This document shows, one piece after another, positions 49,404-58,725 of a DNA stretch of 64,000 bases (position 1 is the stretch's first letter; every line of letters begins with the position of its first letter). The notes below the pieces were generated by a model that saw nothing but the letters and a program-made list of their open reading frames with translations, had not been told where the DNA came from and did no database searches. Made by a program: the position numbers and the translations under genes. The stretch spans positions 2,402,302 to 2,466,301 of the forward strand of contig OY730414.1 in assembly GCA_963422615.1 (NCBI GenBank), given 5' to 3'. The DNA is from Longimicrobiales bacterium. Lineage in GTDB: Bacteria > Gemmatimonadota > Gemmatimonadetes > Longimicrobiales > Gaopeijiaceae.

Positions 49404-51587
49404 ATGCCCGATCTGCCCAAATCCAGCTGGCGTCTTCCGATAGCGACGGGCGTGGTTGCATTCGGCCTTGCCATCGGTGTTGCCACCGGCGTGGATTTGA
49501 CGCCACATGTGGAAGCAGACTTCTTTTTCGCTCCTGGCGACCCCCAGCTTCGGGAGTCCCGGGCGCTTGAGGCCCGCTACCCCGCCGGGGAGCTGTTGAT
49601 CGTACGGGCCCAGTCCTCCGACATTACCGCCGAATCGTACGAAACCCGGGTGGTGGATTTGCACGCCGCCCTGAACGCGATCCCTGGCGTGGCCGCCGTC
49701 TACTCCGTGGCCGACCAAGATTCGTCCAGTCCCCTTTGGGGCCGCGTTCTAACGCCGGCCGCGGCGGCGGCCACAAATCTGGTGGTCCAGCTGGACGTGA
49801 CGGACCCCGTCCCGCTTGCGCAACAGCTGGAATCGGTGTTGGCAGCCCACCAGCGCCCCGACTTCCGGCTCCTTGCGTCGGGCGTCCCGTTGATCGTGGA
49901 GCTGATTCGTCGGGGGCTCACTAGGGACCTCATCGTCTTCAGCACCACGGCGCTCCTGCTCTTCGGTCTTATCACCACCCTCATCTACCGCGATGGACGC
50001 GTCGTCGCGGGAACGCTGCTGTCCTGCTTCTGCGCCTGTGCAACCGTTGCCCTCGTCATCGGCCTGACCGGCATTGGCGTCGGGCTGCTCACCGCGAACA
50101 TCATCACCATCGTATTTGTTCTCACCCTGTCTCACACCGTGTTCATCACCGCCAACTGGCGTCGGGCCGCAGAAAAGAACGGCCCTGCAAGTACGAACAG
50201 CCAGGGAGGGGCTTCGGCGGCAGCCCAGGCGGTCATCCAAACGATCCGGCCCTCGTGCTGGTGCATGCTTACAACGTTGCTCGGGTTTCTGAGCCTCCGA
50301 ATGGCGGCGGCGGAGCCGCTGCGGGAGTTGGGGACCGCGGGGGCCGCCGGCACCGTAATCGCCCTGGTCTGCGCCTTCGGCATCCTTCCCGTTTGGCTTG
50401 GGAGCGCCGGACCGAACCCGACCGCAGCTAGGCCCTCCGAACCATCGGACGCCTCCGGTATCCTGCGGAAGTTGCGCCTGCGACCGGTTGGGGACCGCGT
50501 CGCCTCCCGCTTGTGGCCCCAGGGCCTCTCCCAGCCTTCGCCCGGGCGCCTGGCCATTGGGGGACTCATCGTCGCGATCTTGGGCACCGGCATTTTTCGA
50601 CTCAACACCGACCCCAGCCTCCTCAGCTACTTCGACCCTGACGGCCCGATTCGGTCGGGACTCCAAGTGGTCGACCGGGAAGGAGGCAGCAGTCCCCTTC
50701 TCTTTGCCGTGGCCGACCCCGCCGGACAACCCCTGGACAACATCGGCGGCTACGAAAGGATGTGGGAGTTCCAAGACTCCCTAGAGGCGGATCCGGCGAC
50801 GGGGATCGTGTTGTCTCCTGCGCCCATCCTGGCCCACGCCCGAACCCTCCCTCTGGCCGGATTCCTACCGATCTCCTTTCTCCTGGACCTTCTGGAACGC
50901 CCGGAGTTGGACGGCATCGCGGGGGGGTTCGTTCTTGAGGACCGTACGGAGGTCCTCTACTCCATCCGCATGATTGAGGACGGCAGAACGGAGCCTCGGA
51001 GCGCCGTAGTCGCCCGATTGGCGGCGCATGCCCAGACGGCTGGTCTTTCCGTCCAATCCACGGGCGGGCTCTACGAACTCCAGGGGCGACTGGGGACCCT
51101 GATCGCCGGGAGCCTGAAGGCGGGCCTGGGCGGGCTCCTGATCCTGTTTCTGGTGATCGGCGTATTCGTTTCGCGCTCGGGGTCCACCACCCTGGCCATG
51201 TTCGCGTGTCTCCTTGCGGTTCCGGCCGTGGTCCTCGGGGTCTTCGGCCACCTGGGCGTCGCCGTGGACATCATCACCTCTCCGGCAGCCATTGTGGCCT
51301 TGGCCTTGGGGGTGGACTCCATGATCCACCTCGTGAATCGCGAAAGGCAACTCGCGGGGGACCCCACCCGGAAGGGAACCTCGTGGCATGCCGCCAGGGC
51401 CCAGCTCACAGCGCCCATCGTCATTGCGTGTGCCATCATTTGCGTCGGGTTCGGGATCTTCGCCCTTTCGGACTTCCCCCCCACCCGACGCTTCGGCTTC
51501 GCGGTCATCCTGGGAACCGCTTCGGCAGCGGCAACGGCCCTGATTGCCCTTCCCGGCATCGTGGCATGGAGGCGGTCCCGGGATTGA
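49404..51587 (+). CDS. MMPL/RND-family transporter
   Basis: Two repeated TM halves; LTTLLGFLSL, ALGVDSMIH, VGFGIFALSDFPPTRRFG. Confidence 0.88.
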   Translation: MPDLPKSSWRLPIATGVVAFGLAIGVATGVDLTPHVEADFFFAPGDPQLRESRALEARYPAGELLIVRAQSSDITAESYETRVVDLHAALNAIPGVAAVYSVADQDSSSPLWGRVLTPAAAAATNLVVQLDVTDPVPLAQQLESVLAAHQRPDFRLLASGVPLIVELIRRGLTRDLIVFSTTALLLFGLITTLIYRDGRVVAGTLLSCFCACATVALVIGLTGIGVGLLTANIITIVFVLTLSHTVFITANWRRAAEKNGPASTNSQGGASAAAQAVIQTIRPSCWCMLTTLLGFLSLRMAAAEPLRELGTAGAAGTVIALVCAFGILPVWLGSAGPNPTAARPSEPSDASGILRKLRLRPVGDRVASRLWPQGLSQPSPGRLAIGGLIVAILGTGIFRLNTDPSLLSYFDPDGPIRSGLQVVDREGGSSPLLFAVADPAGQPLDNIGGYERMWEFQDSLEADPATGIVLSPAPILAHARTLPLAGFLPISFLLDLLERPELDGIAGGFVLEDRTEVLYSIRMIEDGRTEPRSAVVARLAAHAQTAGLSVQSTGGLYELQGRLGTLIAGSLKAGLGGLLILFLVIGVFVSRSGSTTLAMFACLLAVPAVVLGVFGHLGVAVDIITSPAAIVALALGVDSMIHLVNRERQLAGDPTRKGTSWHAARAQLTAPIVIACAIICVGFGIFALSDFPPTRRFGFAVILGTASAAATALIALPGIVAWRRSRD

Positions 51588-51722
51588 ACACAAGAGCCCC
51601 AGAAAACGTGCGCATCCGCGGCTCTACCCCCGAGATGTTCGTGACCGTCGTGACCGCCTTGGCATGAACGCGGGAGATCGGTATCCGCAAAGATGCCAGG
51701 ATCAAGGGGGACAAATCGCCGG

Positions 51723-52340
51723 TTACAGGGCTCCCAAGGCAGCCACGATGTCGGCGTTCGAGGGGCGGACCCGGTAGTCCACCTCCACGAACCGCCAGCG
51801 CACGATACCATCCTTTCCGATGACGAAGGTCGCCGGATGGGGAACGGGACGGTTGGGAGGCGCGTCCGCGTTGAAGAGTCCGTAGCGGTCAATCACCTGG
51901 TGGTCCGGATCCGACAGCATGACGAAGTCGGGGACGGGAGCTTCCTGGGCGACGATGCGGTTGATCATCTGCTGCATCCCCTCCCGGTCGTCCACCGATA
52001 CGGTGACAATCTCCGTATCGTCCTTCATCTCCGGTGTCAGGACGGCTCTCAGCTCCCCGAGCTGACTGGCGCAGTAGGGTCACCAGTGTCCCCGGTAGAA
52101 GACCAGAACCACGTTCTTCTCCCCCCGGAAACGGGCCAAATCCACGGTGTCGCCCCGAAACGATTCAAGGGCAAAGCGCGGCGCTTCGTCCCCTACGGCC
52201 ACGCGTTCCAACTGGGTGGCGGAAAGGTCTCGCCCGTCCGCCGGCCCCAGGGCCACCTTCCGGGTTTCGGGTTGGGGCGTGCATGCGGCAAATGCGGCGA
52301 GGAGGAAACCCGTCGCAAGGGTTCGAAGCGAAGTTTTCAC
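51723..52340 (-). CDS. Selenocysteine-containing peroxiredoxin-like (AhpC/TSA/redoxin) lipoprotein, U-x-x-C
   Basis: Track ORFs 52080-52340 and 51723-52028 are in the same frame. Reading through TGA 52080-52082 gives VVLVFYRGHW-U-PYCASQLGEL...PHPATFVIGKDGIVRW (205 aa); lipobox FAAC. Confidence 0.88.
52049..52065 (-). promoter_or_regulatory. Putative bacterial SECIS hairpin
   Basis: On the mRNA, UCAGCUC-GGG-GAGCUGA forms a perfect 7-bp stem with a G-rich loop, starting 14 nt after the UGA. Confidence 0.7.
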
Positions 52341-52455
52341 GGATGCAAAGTCCTTATTCCCGAGGCCACGCCGAGCGAATCGCCGGCCAAGTGTGTGTAG
52401 GTATCTCTACGCGCTGTTCCTCCCCCAAGGCAAGTGGGGCCGCATGCGCTGATGA

Positions 52456-52472
52456 CCGGGATAGTATCCCGG
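52456..52472. promoter_or_regulatory. Perfect 8-1-8 palindrome CCGGGATA-G-TATCCCGG (possible operator)
   Basis: Intergenic, about 115 nt upstream of the selenoprotein start. Confidence 0.35.
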
Positions 52473-52596
52473 CGTCTCCAAATGTGGAACATGGCCCCGG
52501 GGCGACAAGGCGGCGTCACGGCCATTCCGATGAACGAATCACTTGCCACCCTCTCCACGGCCGCAGCCTGCCAACTCGGCTGTCGCTCCTCCCGCC

Positions 52597-53991
52597 CTAC
52601 ATCGTCGGTCGGCCGGCCTCCAGATAATCCAGCAACAGGTTTGTCATGGCCCGGATGCCCACGGGAACGGCCGAGTTGTCCGCCTGGAAGTCGGGGGTGT
52701 GATGGCCGCCCGAGGTCCCGCCGGGCTTGACTTGGCCTAGTCGGAAGAAGAAGCCGGGGACTTCGTTGGCGAAGTAGGCGAAGTCCTCGCCGCCCATGGT
52801 GGGATCCAGGTCCAGGACGTTGTCGGCTCCTAGCACCCGCTCCAGCGTCGGTCTCATCTGGGCGGCCAGAGCCGGATCGTTGATCGTCGCCGGCGTCCCC
52901 CGGTCGTAGTCCAGCTCGAAGGTACCGCCTCCGGCACTCGTGATCCCCGCCAGGATCTCCCCCATCCGCCGCTCCACGGCGTCCCGTACGTCCGGGTTGT
53001 AGGTGCGCACCGTACCCTCCATCTTGACCACGTCCGGGATGATGTTGAAACGGGTTCCGCCCCGAATCATCCCGACGGTAACCACACTGGGCTCCAGGGG
53101 ACTCAGGTTGCGCGACCGGATGGTCTGGAACGCGGTGACGGCCTGCGACGCCATGACAACGGGGTCGACTCCCAAGTGGGGCGCGGCTCCGTGGGACTGC
53201 TTCCCCACGACCCGAACCTGGAAGTGGTCAACCGCGGCGAGGGCCGGGCCCACCGAAAACCCCACCTTCCCCACTTCCATCTCGGCAAAGCTGTGGAGAC
53301 CGAAGATGGCGCTCGGAGCGGGAGCGGCGAGGACACCTTCCTCCACCATCAGCTTGGCGCCACCCTCTTCGCCCGGGGGCGGTCCTTCCTCCGCCGGCTG
53401 AAAGATGAACTTCACCGTTCCCGGCAGTTCGTCGCGCATGGATGCCAGGACCGACGCGACCCCTAGCTGTACGGCTACGTGAATATCGTGCCCGCAGGCG
53501 TGGGACACGCCAACCTCCTGGCCCAGATAGGTGGTACGCACCGTGGACTTGAAGGGGAAGGGCGTGTCCTCGGTGACGGGGAGGGCGTCCATGTCCGCCC
53601 TCACTGCAACGACGGGACCGGGCCGACTTCCCCGCAGGATCCCCACGACGCCTGTGTGGGCGATTCCCGTGTGGACCTCGTCGAAGCCGAGACCCCGAAG
53701 ATGGTTCGCGACGAGCTCGGCCGTCTTGAACTCCCGGTTCCCCAGCTCGGGGTTCTGGTGAATGACTTCTCGAAGCCGGATGATCGAGTCCTGGACGCGG
53801 GCCACTGCGGCGGTGATCTCCCCTTCCTGGGCGCCGAGAAAGGCCGGAGGCGGCACGACCACGGCGGCGGCCAAGCCGGCCGCAACAGCAACCGACCCGA
53901 AGACCGGGATCCGACCCCAATGTCTCATCCGGCCCACATCCCTTGCCGCATCCACCGCGGCACCCAGGAGGTTTCTCTTCATCTCCATCAT
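52597..53991 (-). CDS. M20D family amidohydrolase
   Basis: HQNPELG, RADMDALP, HACGHD, FQPAEEG, GEDFA and HHTPDF; start uncertain (53991, 53982 or later). Confidence 0.93.
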   Translation of the reverse strand: MMEMKRNLLGAAVDAARDVGRMRHWGRIPVFGSVAVAAGLAAAVVVPPPAFLGAQEGEITAAVARVQDSIIRLREVIHQNPELGNREFKTAELVANHLRGLGFDEVHTGIAHTGVVGILRGSRPGPVVAVRADMDALPVTEDTPFPFKSTVRTTYLGQEVGVSHACGHDIHVAVQLGVASVLASMRDELPGTVKFIFQPAEEGPPPGEEGGAKLMVEEGVLAAPAPSAIFGLHSFAEMEVGKVGFSVGPALAAVDHFQVRVVGKQSHGAAPHLGVDPVVMASQAVTAFQTIRSRNLSPLEPSVVTVGMIRGGTRFNIIPDVVKMEGTVRTYNPDVRDAVERRMGEILAGITSAGGGTFELDYDRGTPATINDPALAAQMRPTLERVLGADNVLDLDPTMGGEDFAYFANEVPGFFFRLGQVKPGGTSGGHHTPDFQADNSAVPVGIRAMTNLLLDYLEAGRPTM

Positions 53992-54137
53992 GAATTTCCT
54001 TGGCAGAAGCACTGAAGGTGAACGGTAAGGGAGAACCGGATCGGCGGTCCTGATCCGCATCCCCCCGCCGGCGCGGCGGCCGTCGGTCAATGTTACGGAT
54101 TTCAGGCACAGGGGCCAGTCGGTATATTCCCGTGCCC

Positions 54138-54824
54138 ATGTCCGCCACCCCGCCCGCACTCCGCCTCGAATCCGCGACGAAGCGCTATCCGCAGCCCGGT
54201 GGGCGGTGGCTTGTCGCTCTCCAGCCGACCAGCTTGGCCCTTGAGCCGGGTTCCGCGACCGCCGTGGTGGGCCGGAGCGGAAGCGGCAAGACGACCCTCC
54301 TCCACCTGGCGGCCGGGATCGACGTACCCGATTCGGGCCGGGTCCAGGTCCTGGGCAGGGATCTTTCCAGGATGGCGGACGGGGAAAGGGCGGTATTTCG
54401 GCGGGACCACTTGGGACTGGTCTTCCAGTTCTTCCGCCTCCTCCATCACCTGACTGTGGAGGAGAACGTCTCCCTCCCCGCTCTCATCGCCGGCGACCTC
54501 TCCAGGCACCGGCGGCGGGGAAGGGAGCTGCTGGAGCGGGTCGGCTTGGCGGACCGGGCCCAGGAAAGGATCGACGCCCTGAGCGGGGGCGAGCAGCAAC
54601 GGGTCGCGATCTGCCGGGCGCTTTTACGGAGGCCGTCCCTTCTCTTGGCCGACGAGCCCACGGGTAACCTGGACGACGAAGCCAGTGCGGTCGTCATGGG
54701 CCTGATCTTCGACCTCGTCGGAGAAAATGGAGGAACCCTCCTCGTCGTCACCCACAGCACCGAAGTCGCGGCCTTGGCGGACCGGAAGCTGGAACTTTCC
54801 AGCGGGGTCCTGATTCCTTCGTGA
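54138..54824 (+). CDS. ABC transporter ATP-binding protein (LolD/MacB-like)
   Basis: GRSGSGKT, LSGGEQQRVA, LLADEPTGNLD and VTH. Confidence 0.93.
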   Translation: MSATPPALRLESATKRYPQPGGRWLVALQPTSLALEPGSATAVVGRSGSGKTTLLHLAAGIDVPDSGRVQVLGRDLSRMADGERAVFRRDHLGLVFQFFRLLHHLTVEENVSLPALIAGDLSRHRRRGRELLERVGLADRAQERIDALSGGEQQRVAICRALLRRPSLLLADEPTGNLDDEASAVVMGLIFDLVGENGGTLLVVTHSTEVAALADRKLELSSGVLIPS

Positions 54825-54834
54825 CCGGCCGCCC

Positions 54835-57501
54835 ATGACGGGGTACCTCCGGTCGGTCCTCCGACACCGCCTGGCCACCGAACTGTCCCTCGGCCTTGTC
54901 GCCGTCGGGGGCATCGCCGTGGGCACGGGCTCCGTTGTCACGGTGCAGATCCTGACCGCCGGGGCCATTTCGGCCTTCGACAGGACGGTGGATCTGGTCA
55001 GCGGGGACGCCGACGCCGTGGTCCTGGGACACGGAGGGAAGCTGGACGAAGAACTGTATCCCGTCGTCCTCGCCACCGAGGGAGTCGCTGCTGCAACGCC
55101 CGTTTTGGAAACAACCCTACTTGTCCGCGCCCCGGCCCCGAATCCGGACGCAAAGGCACCGGACCTCCATGCTCCGGCTCCGTTCCGTCGGGTCCAGCTC
55201 TACGGCCTGGACCTCCTCTCGTCACCGGAGATCCCCCGATACCTGGCCGGTTCGGACGCTCAGGCCGCCGGCAGACAGAGTGGATCCTTCGGCGCCATTC
55301 CAGACTCGCCACCCCACATCACCTCTCTCGGCGACGCCGCTATTTCGGGAGGACTGGCCCGAGAACTGGGCCTCCAAGCTGGTGATTCCATGGAAATCGG
55401 CTATGGCCCGGCCCGAACCTCTCTGATCGTATCCCGGGTCCTGACGGACCAGGCAGGCCCCGGAGGCGGTCCCGCCCTTGTCATGGACATGCACGCCGCT
55501 CAGGAAGCTCTCGGAGGGGCGGAATGGATCACCCGGATCAACGTTCGCTTCCGATCCGGCTATGCGCCCCAGGAGGTGCTGGCGCGCCTCGCCGACAACC
55601 TGGACGGTGGAGCTCTCCTCTCTAGCCCGGAAGAGCAGCGCCGGGAGGCCGAACGGTTGCTGGCCTCGTTTCGCACCAACCTGTCCGCGCTAAGCTTCAT
55701 ATCCGTTTTCGTGGGCTTGTTCCTGGTATACGGGACCACAAGGGCGTCGCTAATCCGGCGGCGGGAAGAGATGGGCGTCCTGAGGAGTCTGGGCGCGACC
55801 CGGAGCCAAGTGCTGGTCGTGGTCTTGGCCGAAGCCGGGGTACTGGGTCTTCTCGGGGCGGCCCTGGGCGTCCCCCTCGGGTTCTTGGCGGCCCAAGCCA
55901 ACCTGGAGTCGGTCAGCGGGACGGTGACCGACCTATACCTGCTATCGGCGATCCAGAACCTCGAAGTCCCGGGCTCGGTCTGGATACTCGCGGTCGTCGG
56001 GGGGCTGGTAGGGACCCTCGTTGGCGCAGCCGGACCTGCCGCCGAAGTCTGCTTGACCCCGGTGACGGCTTTGCTCACCGAACAGCGCGTCCGGGGGCGC
56101 TGGCGCGCGTGGGCGAAGTGGTTGTGGCGGGGCGGATGGCTGCTTCTGGCCGTCCTTCTGGCTTGGTTCGCCGCCGGTGGCCGGCGCTGGCAACACGCAG
56201 GCTTCGTCGTGGCCGGCGGAATCATGGTCTGGACGGCCCTCGTTACGCCCAAGTTCGTGTCGGCGTTGTGCGGACGCGTCAACCCCCGGGGCTTCGGATG
56301 GCGCTTTGCGCTGCGGAGTCTATCGGTGCGGGTGCATACCTCCGGTGTCGCCGTCGCCGGCGTTGCCATCGCAGTCGGCACGCTCGTGGGAATCACGGTC
56401 ATGGTGGGCAGCTTCCGGGACACTTTCACGACTTGGCTGAACCGTACGGTTCGCGCCGATGTGTACCTGTCGGCTGCTGCATGGAGGGGTGAAGCGGATT
56501 CGGGCGGGATCGGCGGCAACCTTGCAAGCGAGCTCCGAAAGCTGTCTGGCGTCGCCTTCGTGGACCGCTTGCGGGGCTTCGGGGGCTACGCTGCAGGCCT
56601 CCCCGTGGCTCTGCGAGGGGTGGATTTCGGGCTCTCCGCGCTCAACGGACGGTACTCCTTTCTGGACGGGGACCCGGGAGCCATCGCCGGGAAGGTCAGG
56701 GCCGGCAGTGTGGTGGTTAGCGAGCCGCTGGCCCGCCGCACCGGACTGTGGGAGGGCGACTTCGTTCCCGTGCTTACCAAGACCGGGCCGGTCAACGCAG
56801 AGATCGCAGGAGTCTACTACGAATACGGTTCCGAGCGCGGATCCCTCGCCATGGACTTGGCGACGATGGATCGATGGTTCGGCCCGGGAGATCCCCACGC
56901 CCTGGCCGTGTATCTGGCCCCGGGGATCGACGCGGAGGCGGGCGCGACGGTCGTGCGGCAGGCGGCATCGTCGTACCCGGTTACAATCCGGACGAACCGG
57001 AGCCTTCGGGAGAACGCGGTCCGGGTCTTCGACCAGACCTTTGCGGTCACTCTGCTGCTCCAGGGCATGGCCTTGGCCATGGCCGCCGCCGGTGTCGCCT
57101 TGTCCCTGCTGGTCATGGCGCGGGAGGAGTCCCGCGAGACCGCCGTCTACAGGGCCCTGGGCGCCACCCGACGGCAGGTCTTCCGCTTCTTCCTCGGCAG
57201 GGGCATTGGGCTGGCGAGCCTGGGCGGCCTGCTGGGGTTGGTGGGGGGCGCGGGGCTGGCGCTGACCCTCGTCTACGTCACGAACCGGGCGTACTTCGGC
57301 TGGACGGTCCAGTTCGGCATCCCCACCTTCAACTTGCTCCAGCAAGGGGCCACCCTGGCCCTGACTGCGGTAGCGGCCTCCTGGCTGCCGGCACTCCGGG
57401 CCTCTTCCGACGGGGCGGCGGAAGCACGCTACCGTGCGCCCGCCTCCGGAAGGCTGCGGGCCGCGACCGGTCAGGACCCGGAAGGAGGGGAGTTGAGGTG
57501 A
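54835..57501 (+). CDS. FtsX-like ABC permease (two-half, AttFG-like)
   Basis: RREEMGVLRSLGA and RETAVYRALGA repeats; SFRTNL, GSFRDT and VFDQTFAVT. Confidence 0.9.
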   Translation: MTGYLRSVLRHRLATELSLGLVAVGGIAVGTGSVVTVQILTAGAISAFDRTVDLVSGDADAVVLGHGGKLDEELYPVVLATEGVAAATPVLETTLLVRAPAPNPDAKAPDLHAPAPFRRVQLYGLDLLSSPEIPRYLAGSDAQAAGRQSGSFGAIPDSPPHITSLGDAAISGGLARELGLQAGDSMEIGYGPARTSLIVSRVLTDQAGPGGGPALVMDMHAAQEALGGAEWITRINVRFRSGYAPQEVLARLADNLDGGALLSSPEEQRREAERLLASFRTNLSALSFISVFVGLFLVYGTTRASLIRRREEMGVLRSLGATRSQVLVVVLAEAGVLGLLGAALGVPLGFLAAQANLESVSGTVTDLYLLSAIQNLEVPGSVWILAVVGGLVGTLVGAAGPAAEVCLTPVTALLTEQRVRGRWRAWAKWLWRGGWLLLAVLLAWFAAGGRRWQHAGFVVAGGIMVWTALVTPKFVSALCGRVNPRGFGWRFALRSLSVRVHTSGVAVAGVAIAVGTLVGITVMVGSFRDTFTTWLNRTVRADVYLSAAAWRGEADSGGIGGNLASELRKLSGVAFVDRLRGFGGYAAGLPVALRGVDFGLSALNGRYSFLDGDPGAIAGKVRAGSVVVSEPLARRTGLWEGDFVPVLTKTGPVNAEIAGVYYEYGSERGSLAMDLATMDRWFGPGDPHALAVYLAPGIDAEAGATVVRQAASSYPVTIRTNRSLRENAVRVFDQTFAVTLLLQGMALAMAAAGVALSLLVMAREESRETAVYRALGATRRQVFRFFLGRGIGLASLGGLLGLVGGAGLALTLVYVTNRAYFGWTVQFGIPTFNLLQQGATLALTAVAASWLPALRASSDGAAEARYRAPASGRLRAATGQDPEGGELR

Positions 57502-58700
57502 TGCGGGTGATTGCCGGAACCCTTGCGGTGATTGCCGGAACCCTTGCGGCGTGCGGCCCCCGGGGGGAGCACCCGGCCGGCGGCGAAGTGCAGGCGATGC
57601 CTGGTAACGAAGCCGAGGCCGCGGCCGACGCCTCTCCCTGGCTCACCGCCGACTCCGCCTACCCGTGGTCCTTTCCCCGAGATCACGGTCCCCACATCGG
57701 ATACAAGACCGAGTGGTGGTACTTCACGGGAATCGTGACGGCAAGGGAAGCCGGCGGTGGCCTCCGCAACTTCGGCTACCAGTTCACGATCTTCAAAGTG
57801 GGGGTGACCCCGGAGAGCACTCCCGCCACCTCCCGCTGGGCCGCCAACTCCCTCCTGATGGGACACGCGGCGGTGAGCGACCCCAGCTCCGGGGAGCATA
57901 TCTTCTCCGAAGTCCTCTACCGGTCAAGTCCACTCCTAGCGGGGTTCGGCCAGGGAGCGGATTCGGTGATCGCCTGGACACGGGCGCCCCCGGGCACAAG
58001 CGCCCCGTGGCGGCTAGTGCGGCAGGACGAAGGCTTCACCCTCGAAGCCGGCGACCGGGGAGCGGGGATGGGGATCGCGCTGACCACCAAGCCGACACGT
58101 CCCATCGTCTTTCAGGGTCCCAACGGGTACAGCCGGAAGTCCCGAACACCGGGGCGGGCCAGCATGTACTACAGCCACACCCGTCTCGCCACCGCGGGCA
58201 CGATCCGCTACCGCGGGCAGGAGTACACCGTCACCGGCACGAGTTGGATGGACCACGAATTCAGCTCGAACCCCCTGGAGCCGACCCAGGTCGGTTGGGA
58301 TTGGCTGGGCCTTCGCTTCGAAGACGGGCGAGACTTGATGGCCTTCCGGATCAGAGAAAGCGGAGGGGAGCCCAACTTCACGGCCGCCACCTTGACCGGA
58401 GCCCGGGGTCGTACCCGTCACTTGGCGCCGGACGAGTGGTCCATCACCCCAGGGAGGCGCTGGACCAGCAGCAGAACCGGCACCCGCTACCCCGTGGAAT
58501 GGACCCTCACCCTCCCCGGAGAGCCCCGGGGGCTCATCGTCCGGGGCCGCTCCCATTCCCGGGAGAACGTCTCTGCCCGCCTGCCGAAGCTGTACTACTG
58601 GGAAGGCGCTGTGGACATCTTCCGGGTCTCCGGCGAACGGATCGGCGAAGGATACCTTGAAATGACCGGATACGGCACGGGCACCCGGCCGGCCCTGTGA
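57501..58700 (+). CDS. AttH-like / lipocalin-like (CrtC-family) lipoprotein
   Basis: FPRDHGPH..TEWWYFTG, SMYYS, WMDHEFS, GWDW, YWEG and GYLEMTGY; lipobox LAAC. Confidence 0.9.
   Translation: MRVIAGTLAVIAGTLAACGPRGEHPAGGEVQAMPGNEAEAAADASPWLTADSAYPWSFPRDHGPHIGYKTEWWYFTGIVTAREAGGGLRNFGYQFTIFKVGVTPESTPATSRWAANSLLMGHAAVSDPSSGEHIFSEVLYRSSPLLAGFGQGADSVIAWTRAPPGTSAPWRLVRQDEGFTLEAGDRGAGMGIALTTKPTRPIVFQGPNGYSRKSRTPGRASMYYSHTRLATAGTIRYRGQEYTVTGTSWMDHEFSSNPLEPTQVGWDWLGLRFEDGRDLMAFRIRESGGEPNFTAATLTGARGRTRHLAPDEWSITPGRRWTSSRTGTRYPVEWTLTLPGEPRGLIVRGRSHSRENVSARLPKLYYWEGAVDIFRVSGERIGEGYLEMTGYGTGTRPAL
57507..57548 (+). repeat. Perfect 21-bp in-frame tandem duplication encoding VIAGTLA x2
   Basis: GTGATTGCCGGAACCCTTGCG at 57507-57527 and 57528-57548. 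Confidence 0.9.
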
Positions 58701-58725
58701 TCCGGTGCTCGCCGGTCCGGCCACG

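Noticed and set aside
57501..58700. True carotenoid hydratase, or RsmD from the MRVIAG start
   Set aside because: Context is the AttEFGH-like ABC module with no crt genes, and no methyltransferase motifs are present.
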